From Thermodesulfobacteriota bacterium (GTDB lineage: Bacteria > Desulfobacterota_D > UBA1144 > Nemesobacterales > N074bin48), in contig JBFFSH010000042.1 of assembly GCA_041572575.1 (NCBI GenBank), positions 1 through 20,749 of the forward strand: DNA of 20,749 bases, given 5' to 3'. The notes beneath the pieces were generated by a model. The model made no database searches and was not told the origin of the DNA. It worked only from the letters and a program-made list of their open reading frames with translations. Position 1 is the first letter of the stretch, and each line of letters opens with the position of its first letter. Of this stretch, positions 1-9,237 are shown in pieces. Position numbers and translations under genes: made by a program.

Positions 1-21
1 ATTATATATATGACTATGCAT
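1..21 (-). CDS. Possible 5' end of a gene running off the left edge (MHSHIYN...)
   Basis: On the minus strand AGAGGA lies 7 nt before an ATG at 21, and the frame is open to the window edge. Only 7 codons are visible. Confidence 0.3.
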
Positions 22-44
22 GTTAAAGTCCTCTAAACGGAACT

Positions 45-93
45 GATGAATTTCCTTTTTGGCCACCCCCCTATGCCAGAGAGGAAATTCATC
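45..93. terminator. 19-bp stem-loop with C-rich loop (terminator or intercistronic hairpin)
   Basis: GATGAATTTCCTTTTTGGC (45-63) pairs with GCCAGAGAGGAAATTCATC (75-93), with two G-U wobbles on the + strand. The loop is CACCCCCCTAT and TATTTTC follows. It lies 13 nt past the stop of 107..784. Confidence 0.6.
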
Positions 94-106
94 TATTTTC
101 ACCTAA

Positions 107-784
107 TTACTCCGGTTCAAGCACAATATCAAACACTCCAAGCTTATAGCTTCCTTGCTTACTGGTTACTTGCTGCAGATCGATAATTAGAGATTGTTTA
201 ACAAATCTATCATCTTTTTGATGTGGATCACCACTAAAATAGAGCTGTGTAATTAGTGTTTTATAATTTTCATGTCTTATAAGGTAGTGAATATGGGGAG
301 GCCTCCAGAAGTTTTGCCCAAGTTTGTAAGCCCCGGGATGAATTGTTTCATACTCATAATTACCATTTTCGTCGGTAATAAGTCTTGCCCTATAATAGTA
401 AGTTTTAGTGGTATTCTGCCCATAATCATAATTTCCTTCACTATCGGCCTGCCATATGTCTATTGATGTGTTTACCAGAGGTCTTTTTGTATCAAAACCA
501 AAAACCCTGCCCTTTATAAGTAAAATTTCTCCTTTTGCTGCGGGATGGGAAACTTTTCCCCTAAACGGTGCCCCATTTACATGAAAAGGCCCTAGAATAT
601 TATCTTCAGTTGGTTTAAGTTTTGGCAGTTTATCAGTTGATAACGCTAAAAATTCATCAAGATCGCCACTTTTTTCAGTAGGAACTGCTTCAGTATTCAA
701 TAAAATCTGTCCACTCAGCACAATTCCAAACCCTGTAAGCCCCTGTTTTATAAAATTTCTTCTATTTATCTTAGTATTAGACAT
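107..784 (-). CDS. Tat-exported intradiol ring-cleavage dioxygenase-like protein (protocatechuate 3,4-dioxygenase beta/catechol 1,2-dioxygenase family)
   Basis: Twin-arginine signal NRRNFIK. Family motifs GPF, IDIWQADSEGNY, TDENGNYEYETIHPGAY, RPPHIHY and LITQLYF. The Tyr/Tyr/His/His Fe(III) ligands are present. Confidence 0.85.
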   Translation of the reverse strand: MSNTKINRRNFIKQGLTGFGIVLSGQILLNTEAVPTEKSGDLDEFLALSTDKLPKLKPTEDNILGPFHVNGAPFRGKVSHPAAKGEILLIKGRVFGFDTKRPLVNTSIDIWQADSEGNYDYGQNTTKTYYYRARLITDENGNYEYETIHPGAYKLGQNFWRPPHIHYLIRHENYKTLITQLYFSGDPHQKDDRFVKQSLIIDLQQVTSKQGSYKLGVFDIVLEPE

Positions 785-956
785 AAAATTAAAGTATAAT
801 TTATAAACATTAATAATAAACTAATTTTTCTTATAATATTATCCTCTTGAAATAAAAAAAATCATAATTAAATAAATATTTAGTATATATATTGCTTCTA
901 AATAGGCTAAGATTAATCTAAATATATATGATATAATAAATGAGCGAGGTAATTAA

Positions 957-3374
957 ATGTCACTTATAAGCTTGGGCGATAACAATAAAGTTGAAATTCC
1001 CCTGCTTCCCCTAAGGGATGTAGTTGTTTTCCCATATATGATAGCACCTTTGTATATTGGAAGAGATAAATCCATAAAGGCTGTAAATGCAGCCATGAAA
1101 AACAAAAAAGAATTATTTCTGGTTACTCAAAAGGATCCAAAGAACGAAGACCCCAAAGAAGGCGATCTATACTCTGTTGGTACAATTGCCACAGTTGCGC
1201 AGATGCTAAAGCTGCCAGATGGTACTGTTAAGGTACTGGTAGAAGGTAAAAAAAGGGGAAAGCTTGTCGATTTTATTCCAAAGTCTGAATATTTTCTCGT
1301 ACACGCTGAACCAATCAAAGAAGAACAGGTTTCAGACATAGAATCCGAGGCACTTATCAGAAATTTGCTTTCGGCTTTTGAAAGTTATGTTAAACATAAC
1401 AAGAAAATACCTGCAGAATCTTATAACAATGTTTCCTCAATTAAGGAAGCAAACAGACTTTCTGATTCAATATGCGCCTATATTCAGCTAAAACAGGACG
1501 ACAAACAGGAACTTCTTGAAATCATAGATCCTAAACAAAGGCTCGAGAAGATATTTGAGAAGCTCAGCGAAGATTTAGAAATTCTTAAGGTTGAAAAACG
1601 TATCGAGCAGAGAGTAAAGAAAAGAATGGAAAAGGCTCAAAAAGAGCATTATCTAAATGAGCAGATGAAAGCCATTCAGGACGAGCTTGGTGAAGGCGAC
1701 GACATGAAATCAGAGGTACAGGAGTTTGAAGAGAAATTAAAAGAAAAGTCGCTGCCAGAGGACGTAGAAGAAAAGATAAAGAAAGAGCTTAAGAAATTAA
1801 AACTCATGTCACCTATGACTCCTGAGGCAAACGTTGAAAGAAACTATATAGACTGGATTTTGACTCTACCATGGGGTGACGAAAAGACTGAAGACAGGTT
1901 GGACATTGATGATGCTACTAAAATTTTGGATGAAGATCACTTTGGTCTTGATAAGCCAAAAGAAAGGATTGTCGAATACCTGGCTGTTAGAAAACTTACA
2001 AATAAACTAAAAGGCCCGATACTTTGTTTTGTTGGCCCACCTGGTGTAGGTAAGACTTCACTTGCAAAGTCCATAGCACGAGCAATGGACAGGAAGTTTG
2101 TGCGTATATCTCTTGGAGGTGTAAGAGACGAAGCCGAGATTCGTGGTCACAGAAGAACATACATCGGAGCGCTTCCCGGAAAGATTATTCAGGGTATGAA
2201 AAAAGCAGGAACCAGCAACCCTGTATTCCTGTTGGACGAAATAGACAAGCTTGGATCAGATTTCAGGGGTGATCCTTCTTCTGCACTCTTAGAAGCGCTT
2301 GATCCTGAACAAAACAAAACATTTAATGACCATTACATTGAAGTGGATTATGATCTTTCAAACGTGCTTTTTATCTGTACAGCCAATGTGCTCCATTCTA
2401 TACCATGGGCACTTCAGGACAGAATGGAAATAATCCGTATTCCTGGCTATACAGAGATTGAGAAAGTAAAAATCCTAAAGCACTTTCTGCTTCCAAAACA
2501 GCTTGAGGCACATGGGCTTAAAGACAAGAATGTAACAGTCACCGAAGGTGCTATTCTTAATGCCATAAGGCTCTACACCAGAGAAGCCGGTGTAAGAACC
2601 ATAGAACGAGAGCTTGCCACGCTTTGCAGAAAGGCTGCAAAAGAGATAGTTCAAAAAGGTGAAGATCACAGCGTGAAAATTACGCCTAAGAATCTGAATA
2701 AGTTCTTAGGAATACCAAAATTTAAATTCGGTGAGATTGAAGACACTGACATTGTAGGTATGTCTACAGGTCTTGCATGGTCAGAGATAGGCGGAGAGAT
2801 TCTTAACATAGAGGTTTCTATAGTTCCGGGTAAGGGCAACTTTAAGGTCACCGGAAAACTGGGTGACGTTATGCAGGAATCAGCTCAGGCAGCAATGAGT
2901 TACGTGAGGTCAAGAACCCTTCAGCTTGGGCTTGAAAGGAATTTCTATCAAAAAGTAGATATCCACATTCATGTCCCAGAGGGTGCAATTCCAAAAGACG
3001 GCCCCTCTGCAGGTATTGCAATCACAACAGCAATCGTATCTGCTCTGATTAAAAAACCTGTAAAACGCGATGTAGCAATGACTGGAGAAATTACCCTTAG
3101 GGGTAAGGTACTTCCCATCGGAGGGCTCAAAGAAAAGATTCTTGCTGCTCACCGTGCAAGAGTAACCCAGGTGATTATTCCAAAGGACAATCTCAAGGAT
3201 ACAAAGGATATTCCATCCAATATTCTTAAGGATATTGAAATAAAGCTTGTTGAGCATATGGACGAAGTGCTCAAAGAAGCTATAATATCTGATACAGAGA
3301 TTCTAAATGACAAAATAGACAGTACACAAATTGATATAACAAATTCAGAGACTCATAGAATTACCCATTCTTAA
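957..3374 (+). CDS. lon: ATP-dependent protease La (Lon)
   Basis: N-domain [12 protein letters not shown], Walker [10 protein letters not shown], Walker B LLDEIDK, catalytic Ser in PKDGPSAG and Lys in GGLKEK. SD GAGGT upstream; 805 aa. Confidence 0.98.
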   Translation: MSLISLGDNNKVEIPLLPLRDVVVFPYMIAPLYIGRDKSIKAVNAAMKNKKELFLVTQKDPKNEDPKEGDLYSVGTIATVAQMLKLPDGTVKVLVEGKKRGKLVDFIPKSEYFLVHAEPIKEEQVSDIESEALIRNLLSAFESYVKHNKKIPAESYNNVSSIKEANRLSDSICAYIQLKQDDKQELLEIIDPKQRLEKIFEKLSEDLEILKVEKRIEQRVKKRMEKAQKEHYLNEQMKAIQDELGEGDDMKSEVQEFEEKLKEKSLPEDVEEKIKKELKKLKLMSPMTPEANVERNYIDWILTLPWGDEKTEDRLDIDDATKILDEDHFGLDKPKERIVEYLAVRKLTNKLKGPILCFVGPPGVGKTSLAKSIARAMDRKFVRISLGGVRDEAEIRGHRRTYIGALPGKIIQGMKKAGTSNPVFLLDEIDKLGSDFRGDPSSALLEALDPEQNKTFNDHYIEVDYDLSNVLFICTANVLHSIPWALQDRMEIIRIPGYTEIEKVKILKHFLLPKQLEAHGLKDKNVTVTEGAILNAIRLYTREAGVRTIERELATLCRKAAKEIVQKGEDHSVKITPKNLNKFLGIPKFKFGEIEDTDIVGMSTGLAWSEIGGEILNIEVSIVPGKGNFKVTGKLGDVMQESAQAAMSYVRSRTLQLGLERNFYQKVDIHIHVPEGAIPKDGPSAGIAITTAIVSALIKKPVKRDVAMTGEITLRGKVLPIGGLKEKILAAHRARVTQVIIPKDNLKDTKDIPSNILKDIEIKLVEHMDEVLKEAIISDTEILNDKIDSTQIDITNSETHRITHS

Positions 3375-3379
3375 ATAGG

Positions 3380-3415
3380 TAATAGGAGCCCTGCTGTTTG
3401 GCAAGGCTCCTATTA
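3380..3415 (+). terminator. Stem-loop after lon (probable intrinsic terminator)
   Basis: TAATAGGAGCC (3380-3390) pairs with GGCTCCTATTA (3405-3415), with an inner TGC/GCA pair. It starts 5 nt after the lon stop and has a T-rich tail. Confidence 0.7.
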
Positions 3416-3479
3416 TTTCCATTTCAAAAGCAATCCAGTAGTATTAATCTAAAATCACAAGATTGATTCGGGAGAAAAT

Positions 3480-3950
3480 ATGCAGGTAAAACACATCCCT
3501 ATAGATAAGCAAAAAAGAATTGCACTGGTAGCTCACGACAATAAAAAGGAAATCCTTCTTGACTGGGCAAAAAAGAATAAAGATGTACTTATAAAACATA
3601 ATCTTTTTGCCACAGGAACTACCGGCAAGTTGATACAGGATACCCTTGGAGTAAAAGTAAAAAGATTTAATAGCGGCCCGCTTGGGGGTGACCAGCAGGT
3701 GGGAGCAAAAATTGCAGAAGGGAAACTCGATTTGCTTATATTCTTTTGGGACCCTCTGTCTCCCCAACCTCACGACCCGGATGTAAAAGCGCTTCTCAGG
3801 ATTGCTGTGCTATGGAACATCCCCACTGCATGCAACAGATCTACAGCCGATTTTATGATTTCATCAAGTCTGATAAATAAAGCATATGACAGAATTGTGA
3901 TAGATTATTCTAAGTATAAACAGAGATTTAATAATCAATCCATTAATTAA
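3480..3950 (+). CDS. mgsA: Methylglyoxal synthase
   Basis: Motifs [31 protein letters not shown] and [17 protein letters not shown]. Confidence 0.97.
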   Translation: MQVKHIPIDKQKRIALVAHDNKKEILLDWAKKNKDVLIKHNLFATGTTGKLIQDTLGVKVKRFNSGPLGGDQQVGAKIAEGKLDLLIFFWDPLSPQPHDPDVKALLRIAVLWNIPTACNRSTADFMISSSLINKAYDRIVIDYSKYKQRFNNQSIN

Positions 3951-3953
3951 ACG

Positions 3954-4196
3954 ATGAAAGAAAAATTAGTAGAAACCATAAATACTGCAAATAATGGAAA
4001 TTGGGAAAAGGCTCACAAAATAGTCCAGGATATAGAGCATGAGCTTGCTTACTGGATTCATGCAAATTTGCATAGGGAAGAGGGTGATGTTTCTAATTCC
4101 AAATATTGGTACAAAAGAGCAGGTAGGGAATTTACTGAGATGGATTTGGAAGAAGAAAGAAGGCTTATTAAAGAAGAGATAGAAAACAAGCTCTGA
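3954..4196 (+). CDS. Small conserved helical hypothetical protein
   Basis: Starts 3 nt after mgsA. The pattern WEKAHxIVQD...WIHAxLHREEGDxxNxxYWYxRAG resembles a widespread uncharacterised family. Confidence 0.75.
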   Translation: MKEKLVETINTANNGNWEKAHKIVQDIEHELAYWIHANLHREEGDVSNSKYWYKRAGREFTEMDLEEERRLIKEEIENKL

Positions 4197-4202
4197 TAAA
4201 AT

Positions 4203-4700
4203 TCAAACAATCATTGTAGAATGTTCATCCAATAAACTTCTTATCTCCAATCCGTCATTTTCAGGAAATTGGCTTACGGGTATCACCTGAAAATATGAAT
4301 CATTTCTGTATGCCAGGATCAATCCATCCCTCTCCTTCCACTTTACAAATGTGTCCCATCTAATCTTTGTTTCTGACTTTGGGGTTTTAATATACAGGTT
4401 TTCTTTATCGAAGCTCATATCCACATTTTGTATGTCATCTCCCATCTGATTGTACTGTTTATTTAGCTTCCATCTGATAATTGAATTATTAAGATTTATT
4501 AAGAGTATGGCTGTAATTCCTATAAAAACAGATATATAGCCCTGATAACTATTGGAATAATTTTTACTAATAATCCATATGCCAAATGCAATTATGGTAA
4601 CAGCTAAAGAATATGCAAAATATTTTATAACCTTCCTTTTCCTTCCCCAATGGATATTAAAAGCTCTAACCATTATTTCTATTCCTACATCTACCTTCAT
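4203..4700 (-). CDS. YcxB-family membrane protein
   Basis: Two TM helices, then a soluble domain with the SETKIRWDTF...ILAY...FQVIP pattern. SD GAGG. Confidence 0.7.
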   Translation of the reverse strand: MKVDVGIEIMVRAFNIHWGRKRKVIKYFAYSLAVTIIAFGIWIISKNYSNSYQGYISVFIGITAILLINLNNSIIRWKLNKQYNQMGDDIQNVDMSFDKENLYIKTPKSETKIRWDTFVKWKERDGLILAYRNDSYFQVIPVSQFPENDGLEIRSLLDEHSTMIV

Positions 4701-4795
4701 GATTTCAACCTCTGTATTTTTATTTATAAATAAAAATATATTATATATAATTAAGCATTAATATATTAATATTCTAATCAGGGGTAAATATAATC

Positions 4796-5656
4796 ATGAG
4801 ATGGAGACTTGGCAGGAGAAGCAGTAATGTAGAGGACAGAAGGGGCAGAAGGGTTGGCAGGAAATCCGCTGGCGGTGGCATTGGTTTTATAATAATCCTG
4901 TTAATTGGGATGTATTTGGGTATCGATCCAAGCACCCTTATGAACATCAAATCCGGAATTGATTCAGTTTCAGTTCAAGAGCAAAATACTCAAACAACTA
5001 ACCCCGGGGTAAAGGATGAGCTTTCAGATTTTGTTTCAGTAGTGCTGGCAGATACTGAAGACACCTGGAACCCTTTATTCAAACAGATGGGCGGAAATTA
5101 TAGAGAACCCAGACTGGTTCTATTTTCAGGGGCAGTGAAGTCTGCATGCGGACTTGCACAGTTTGCAATGGGACCTTTTTACTGCCCGCGCGACCAGCAG
5201 GTATATATAGATCTAAGTTTTTATCAGGATCTTAAACATAAATTGGGTGCTCCCGGTGACTTTGCACAGGCCTATGTAATAGCGCATGAAGTTGGCCATC
5301 ATGTGCAAAACCTTCTTGGAATATCTGAGCAGGTCTACAATGCAAGAACAAGGATGAGTAAGGTAGAAGGAAACAAGCTGTCGGTAATGCAGGAGCTTCA
5401 GGCCGACTGCTTTTCAGGCATCTGGGCGCATCATGCAGATAAGGCAAGACAAATTTTGGAAAAGGGCGATATAGATGAAGCCCTTAATGCCGCAAGCAGC
5501 ATTGGTGATGACAGACTGCAAAAACAATCAACAGGTCATGTAACCCCTGATTCTTTCACCCACGGCTCATCTGCTCAGAGGGTAAGATGGTTTAAGATTG
5601 GTCTAAAGAGCGGAGACATAAATTCATGTAACACTTTTGAGGCTGACAGGTTGTAA
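4796..5656 (+). CDS. ypfJ: Putative neutral zinc metallopeptidase (YpfJ-like)
   Basis: N-terminal MRW...RRSSNVEDRRG, one TM helix, GPFYCP, AHEVGHH (HExxH), ELQADC, IGDDRLQ and FTHGSSAQR. Confidence 0.9.
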   Translation: MRWRLGRRSSNVEDRRGRRVGRKSAGGGIGFIIILLIGMYLGIDPSTLMNIKSGIDSVSVQEQNTQTTNPGVKDELSDFVSVVLADTEDTWNPLFKQMGGNYREPRLVLFSGAVKSACGLAQFAMGPFYCPRDQQVYIDLSFYQDLKHKLGAPGDFAQAYVIAHEVGHHVQNLLGISEQVYNARTRMSKVEGNKLSVMQELQADCFSGIWAHHADKARQILEKGDIDEALNAASSIGDDRLQKQSTGHVTPDSFTHGSSAQRVRWFKIGLKSGDINSCNTFEADRL

Positions 5657-5666
5657 AATAATTGTG

Positions 5667-6662
5667 TTATTTGCCAAATTTCTTTAATTTATCAAATTCT
5701 TCCAAAGCAATATCTTCTTTTGTCTTTTGAAATTTTAGCCAACTAGTTTCTATTGGTTTATTTTTGTTCTTTATATATCTCCTCACTATATAATTATGAT
5801 TGTAATGCAGATTAACTAGCTCGAGTTTTACTTTAAGATTAGAAGCACCACGAATATGCATTGGCTTCTCAATATAATCACCATAGTTTAAGACTAAGGG
5901 AAATCCAAAATACTTTGCTGAACTATCAAAATCTGTTTTACAACTTCCTTTTCTAATATATTCATTGGGTAGTAACACATGGTCATTATCAACAACTCTT
6001 CCATTTACCGTTGCAAAAACATTAAAACAATAAATAGAAAGATCGCTTGGATGATATACAGCAGAAACTATTAACTTCTGATCTTCTAAACCATCAAATA
6101 TTCTTATTAAACTTATTGCATCTAATTTTAAGCTTATTGTATCTTCAAATTCATCTAATATCTCGGGGATGTCAGCATGTAAATCATCATTTGCTACTTT
6201 AACATTAAACCTGATAAGGTCATGTGGACGCCGGCCTTTATAGATATATTTTGTAGAAGAATTTATAGATCCAAATTCAGTATTTATTATTTCCTGTTTC
6301 TTAGTTCTATTTAATAAAACTTTATCTCTTGTAACTTTAAACTTATTTAATATAGGATTAGCGCCAAAGATATTCTTGGTTCCGTAATGTTCAATGTAGT
6401 GATTATGTTTCTCTTCATATAGTTTATATACATTATTTTTATTTTGTAATTCATCATTATCAATCTCACCAACAGGTCTTAGATGTAAAGTATTCGTAAA
6501 TATTTTTACATCTTTAAAAAACTTAGTATTATGATCATGAAGCAAGGATGACAAAAACACAAATACAGACAAATACACTATTGTATAGATGACGTATCAA
6601 TGAAATTTGTTTTTCTTAAAATAGTCATCGAACCTGGATAGCCATTGTGATATAATATTCAT
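5667..6662 (-). pseudogene. Orphan membrane-anchored protein with an in-frame TGA at codon 22 (ORF track shows only 5667..6578)
   Basis: ATG at 6662 after GGGGG reads MNIISQWLSRFDDYFKKNKFH*YVIYTIVYLSVFVFLSSLLH. The TGA is at 6597-6599, and the frame continues into the 303-aa ORF. Confidence 0.6.
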
Positions 6663-6714
6663 GATTATATTCTGCCCCCACGTTTATTATAGGCTCAATT
6701 TTCGGTTAATGCAA

Positions 6715-7182
6715 TTATTCAACATACCAATCATCTGCGTTTACACGAATAGCCAATACTTCACCTGTGGCAGTTTTGAGATCGTCTGAAAACATATCAC
6801 AACTAAGCCAGATTTTCCTGCCTTCTCTTTTTTGTATATATGCTTCTAGTTTTACGGGTTTATCTATTGGGGTAGGTTTTAGATAATCGACTTTTAAAGA
6901 CGCTGTTACACACCATATTAAAGGTTTTGAGTCATATTCCCTTTCTTCAATATTATACTCATATGCTATTGCAGAGCACACAGTATGACAGTCTATAATA
7001 GATGAAATTATTCCTCCATATAAAAACCCAGGTGGGCCTGCCGCATGATATTCTTCGGGCTTCCAAATACAGACAGATTTATCACCATCCCAGTGGCTTT
7101 TAATCTTATGGCCATGTTCATTGTGCCCGCACCCATAGCATTTGTTATGTTTCCAGTAGTCCTGAAAAGGTTTATCCGACAT
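6715..7182 (-). CDS. PaaI-family hotdog-fold thioesterase
   Basis: Motifs CYGCG..N..G, GFLYGGIISSIIDCH and VTASLKVDYLKPTP. SD GGAG. Confidence 0.85.
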   Translation of the reverse strand: MSDKPFQDYWKHNKCYGCGHNEHGHKIKSHWDGDKSVCIWKPEEYHAAGPPGFLYGGIISSIIDCHTVCSAIAYEYNIEEREYDSKPLIWCVTASLKVDYLKPTPIDKPVKLEAYIQKREGRKIWLSCDMFSDDLKTATGEVLAIRVNADDWYVE

Positions 7183-7235
7183 TAATCATCTCCATTTTTA
7201 TAAATTTATCCAAATAGCACATCAGTATTAGAGCA

Positions 7236-7244
7236 ATTATATCA
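7236..7244 (-). promoter_or_regulatory. Extended -10 promoter candidate for the thioesterase gene
   Basis: The minus strand reads TG-A-TATAAT about 55 nt upstream of the ATG at 7182. No good -35 element. Confidence 0.4.
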
Positions 7245-7298
7245 AACATTGTGTTAAGTCACCAGATCAAGAGACAATACCTAACAACACTAAAACCC

Positions 7299-7327
7299 TT
7301 GACTAATATAATTATTGGGTTTATTAT
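7299..7327 (+). promoter_or_regulatory. Sigma70 promoter of the acyl-CoA operon
   Basis: TTGACT (7299-7304), a 17-bp spacer, then TATTAT (7322-7327). Confidence 0.75.
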
Positions 7328-7336
7328 TTCAGTAGA

Positions 7337-7354
7337 CGAGCGAGCGCTCGCTCG
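7337..7354. promoter_or_regulatory. Perfect 18-bp palindrome, probable TetR operator
   Basis: CGAGCGAGCGCTCGCTCG is its own reverse complement. It is GC-rich in an AT-rich spacer and sits just downstream of the predicted +1 of an operon that encodes a TetR. Confidence 0.8.
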
Positions 7355-7453
7355 CATTTAATGAGACAGGACACATGGAGCTTTTATCAATTAGATATGG
7401 GCTCGGGGTTAATAGACAAAAAGATAATAGATAAAAACTGTTGGAGATAATTT

Positions 7454-8602
7454 ATGCTGGAAACAAACCTTACTGATGATCAGAAAATGATACGGGAATT
7501 AATCTCAGATTATTCAGAAAAGGAGATCAAACCTGAGGCATCAGAAAATGAGAGAAATTCCAGGTTCCCATCTGAGCTTATAGCCAAACTCGGCGAGCTT
7601 GGATTTATGGGCCATTTTGTTCCTACTGAGTATGGAGGCAGTGGCCTTGATTATCTATCTTATATCATTGCAGTAGAAGAGATATCAAAGGCCTGCGCAT
7701 CTACGGGAATAATTGTTTCAGCACATAATTCACTTGCCTGCAGTCCGATAGTTTATTTTGGAACAGAACAACAAAAACAAAAATATCTAACTGATCTTGC
7801 ATCCGGAACTAAGCTGGGCTGTTTTGCACTTAGCGAACCAGAAGCAGGTTCCGATGCTACAAGTATAAAAACTACTGCAGTTAAAAAAGAGAAACATTAT
7901 ATAATCAATGGCTTAAAATCCTGGATAACAAACGGCTCAGAGGCAGATGTGGCAATAGTGTTTGCATCGACAGATAAAGATAAAGGCAGCAGAGGAATTT
8001 CTGCATTTATTGTTGATCTGGATTCCGAAGGAATTGAGATAGGCAAATCCGAACACAAACTTGGAATCAAGGCTTCCAGTACTACACAGATAATATTTGA
8101 TGACTGTATAGTACCAGCAGAAAACCTGCTTGGGGAAGAAGGTGAAGGGTTTAAGATAGCAATGAAAACTCTTGATGGTGGCAGAATAGGCGTAGCAGCA
8201 CAGGCTGTAGGCATTGCAAGGGCCGCCCTTGAAGCATCAATTATTTACTCTAAGCAGAGAAAAGCATTTAACGACACTATATCTAACTTTCAGGGCATAC
8301 AGTTTATGCTTGCAGATATGTCTACAAAAGTAGAAGCCGCAAGACTTTTAACGTGGCAGGCGGCGTCTCTTTTGGATCAGGGTGAGAAATTTACAAAACA
8401 GTCAGCTATGGCAAAACTATTTGCAGCAGAGACCGCTATGTGGGTCACTACAAAAGCAATCCAGATACACGGGGGTAATGGATATACGACTGACTTTCCT
8501 GTTGAACGGTACTTTAGAGACGCTAAGGTTACAGAGATTTATGAAGGCACCTCGGAGATACAAAAAATAGTTATAGCAAGACAGGCACTTAATGAATATT
8601 GA
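7454..8602 (+). CDS. Short-chain/butyryl-CoA-type acyl-CoA dehydrogenase
   Basis: Motifs GCFALSEPEAGSD, INGLKSWITNG, LDGGRIGVAAQ, IQIHGGNGY and IYEGTSEIQ. Confidence 0.95.
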   Translation: MLETNLTDDQKMIRELISDYSEKEIKPEASENERNSRFPSELIAKLGELGFMGHFVPTEYGGSGLDYLSYIIAVEEISKACASTGIIVSAHNSLACSPIVYFGTEQQKQKYLTDLASGTKLGCFALSEPEAGSDATSIKTTAVKKEKHYIINGLKSWITNGSEADVAIVFASTDKDKGSRGISAFIVDLDSEGIEIGKSEHKLGIKASSTTQIIFDDCIVPAENLLGEEGEGFKIAMKTLDGGRIGVAAQAVGIARAALEASIIYSKQRKAFNDTISNFQGIQFMLADMSTKVEAARLLTWQAASLLDQGEKFTKQSAMAKLFAAETAMWVTTKAIQIHGGNGYTTDFPVERYFRDAKVTEIYEGTSEIQKIVIARQALNEY

Positions 8603-8620
8603 TTTATTACAGATTACAAA

Positions 8621-9235
8621 ATGCAAAATGAAGTTCAATCAAAGATAAAAAATAAAAAGCTGATTGATACAAGGCGAACAGAACTTATAAATGCAGCTGT
8701 AAAGCTCTTTGTTATTAAAGGCTTTCATGAAACAAGTGTAAGGGAAATTGCTAAAGAATCCGGCATGAGCATGGGTGCGCTTTATGACTATATAAGAACA
8801 AAGAATGATATTCTTTTTTTGGTTTGTGATCACATTCACTCAAGCATTAGCACTAAGCTCAAAGAATCCGTTGCAAGCAATAAGCCTCCAATTGATATTC
8901 TCAAAAATGCTATCAAAGACTATTTTAAAATAATAGATAAAAATCAAAACAATATGCTCCTTTTATATCAGGAAACCAAATCTCTTAGCAAAAGTGCGAG
9001 AAAATATATTTTTAAAGCAGAAAGCGATTTAACATCTATTTTTAAAGATATATTAATACAATGTATAAAAGATAAATCTGTTTCAATTAGCAAAAAGAAA
9101 GCTGATATAGTCTCTCACAATATCATGGTAGCAGGACAGATGTGGGCATTCAGGCGCTGGGCTCTAAGTGAAAATTATACAATAAATTCATACATAAATT
9201 CCCAAACAGAGTTATTACTAAATGGAGTAAAATAA
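8621..9235 (+). CDS. TetR/AcrR-family transcriptional regulator
   Basis: HTH AAVKLFVIKGFHETSVREIAKESGMSMGALYDYIRTK. The C-terminal GQMWAFRRW resembles TetRs found in Bacillus-type acyl-CoA clusters (from recall). Confidence 0.92.
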   Translation: MQNEVQSKIKNKKLIDTRRTELINAAVKLFVIKGFHETSVREIAKESGMSMGALYDYIRTKNDILFLVCDHIHSSISTKLKESVASNKPPIDILKNAIKDYFKIIDKNQNNMLLLYQETKSLSKSARKYIFKAESDLTSIFKDILIQCIKDKSVSISKKKADIVSHNIMVAGQMWAFRRWALSENYTINSYINSQTELLLNGVK

Positions 9236-9237
9236 TT

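Noticed and set aside
43..93. Hammerhead ribozyme suggested by CTGATGA at 43-49
   Set aside because: The stem after CUGAUGA is followed by TCATC, not the required GAAA. The motif is simply part of the long hairpin.
846..875. Sigma32 heat-shock promoter for lon (CTTGAAA at 846-852)
   Set aside because: No CCCCAT-like -10 element at the expected spacing.
1127..3773. Minus-strand ORFs overlapping lon and mgsA (1127, 2475, 2666, 2910, 3444)
   Set aside because: Antisense shadows of well-conserved genes with no protein-like motifs.
6597..6599. Genome-wide TGA recoding (code 4/25) or selenocysteine
   Set aside because: TGA ends normal-length genes here (e.g. the ACAD at 8602). The context is a TM boundary rather than a Cys-type active site, and no convincing SECIS follows.
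4787..6671. 13-bp inverted repeats bracketing ypfJ and the orphan gene as transposon ends
   Set aside because: Both copies contain the start codons of the two convergent genes, and no transposase or target duplication is visible. Similar initiation regions explain them better.
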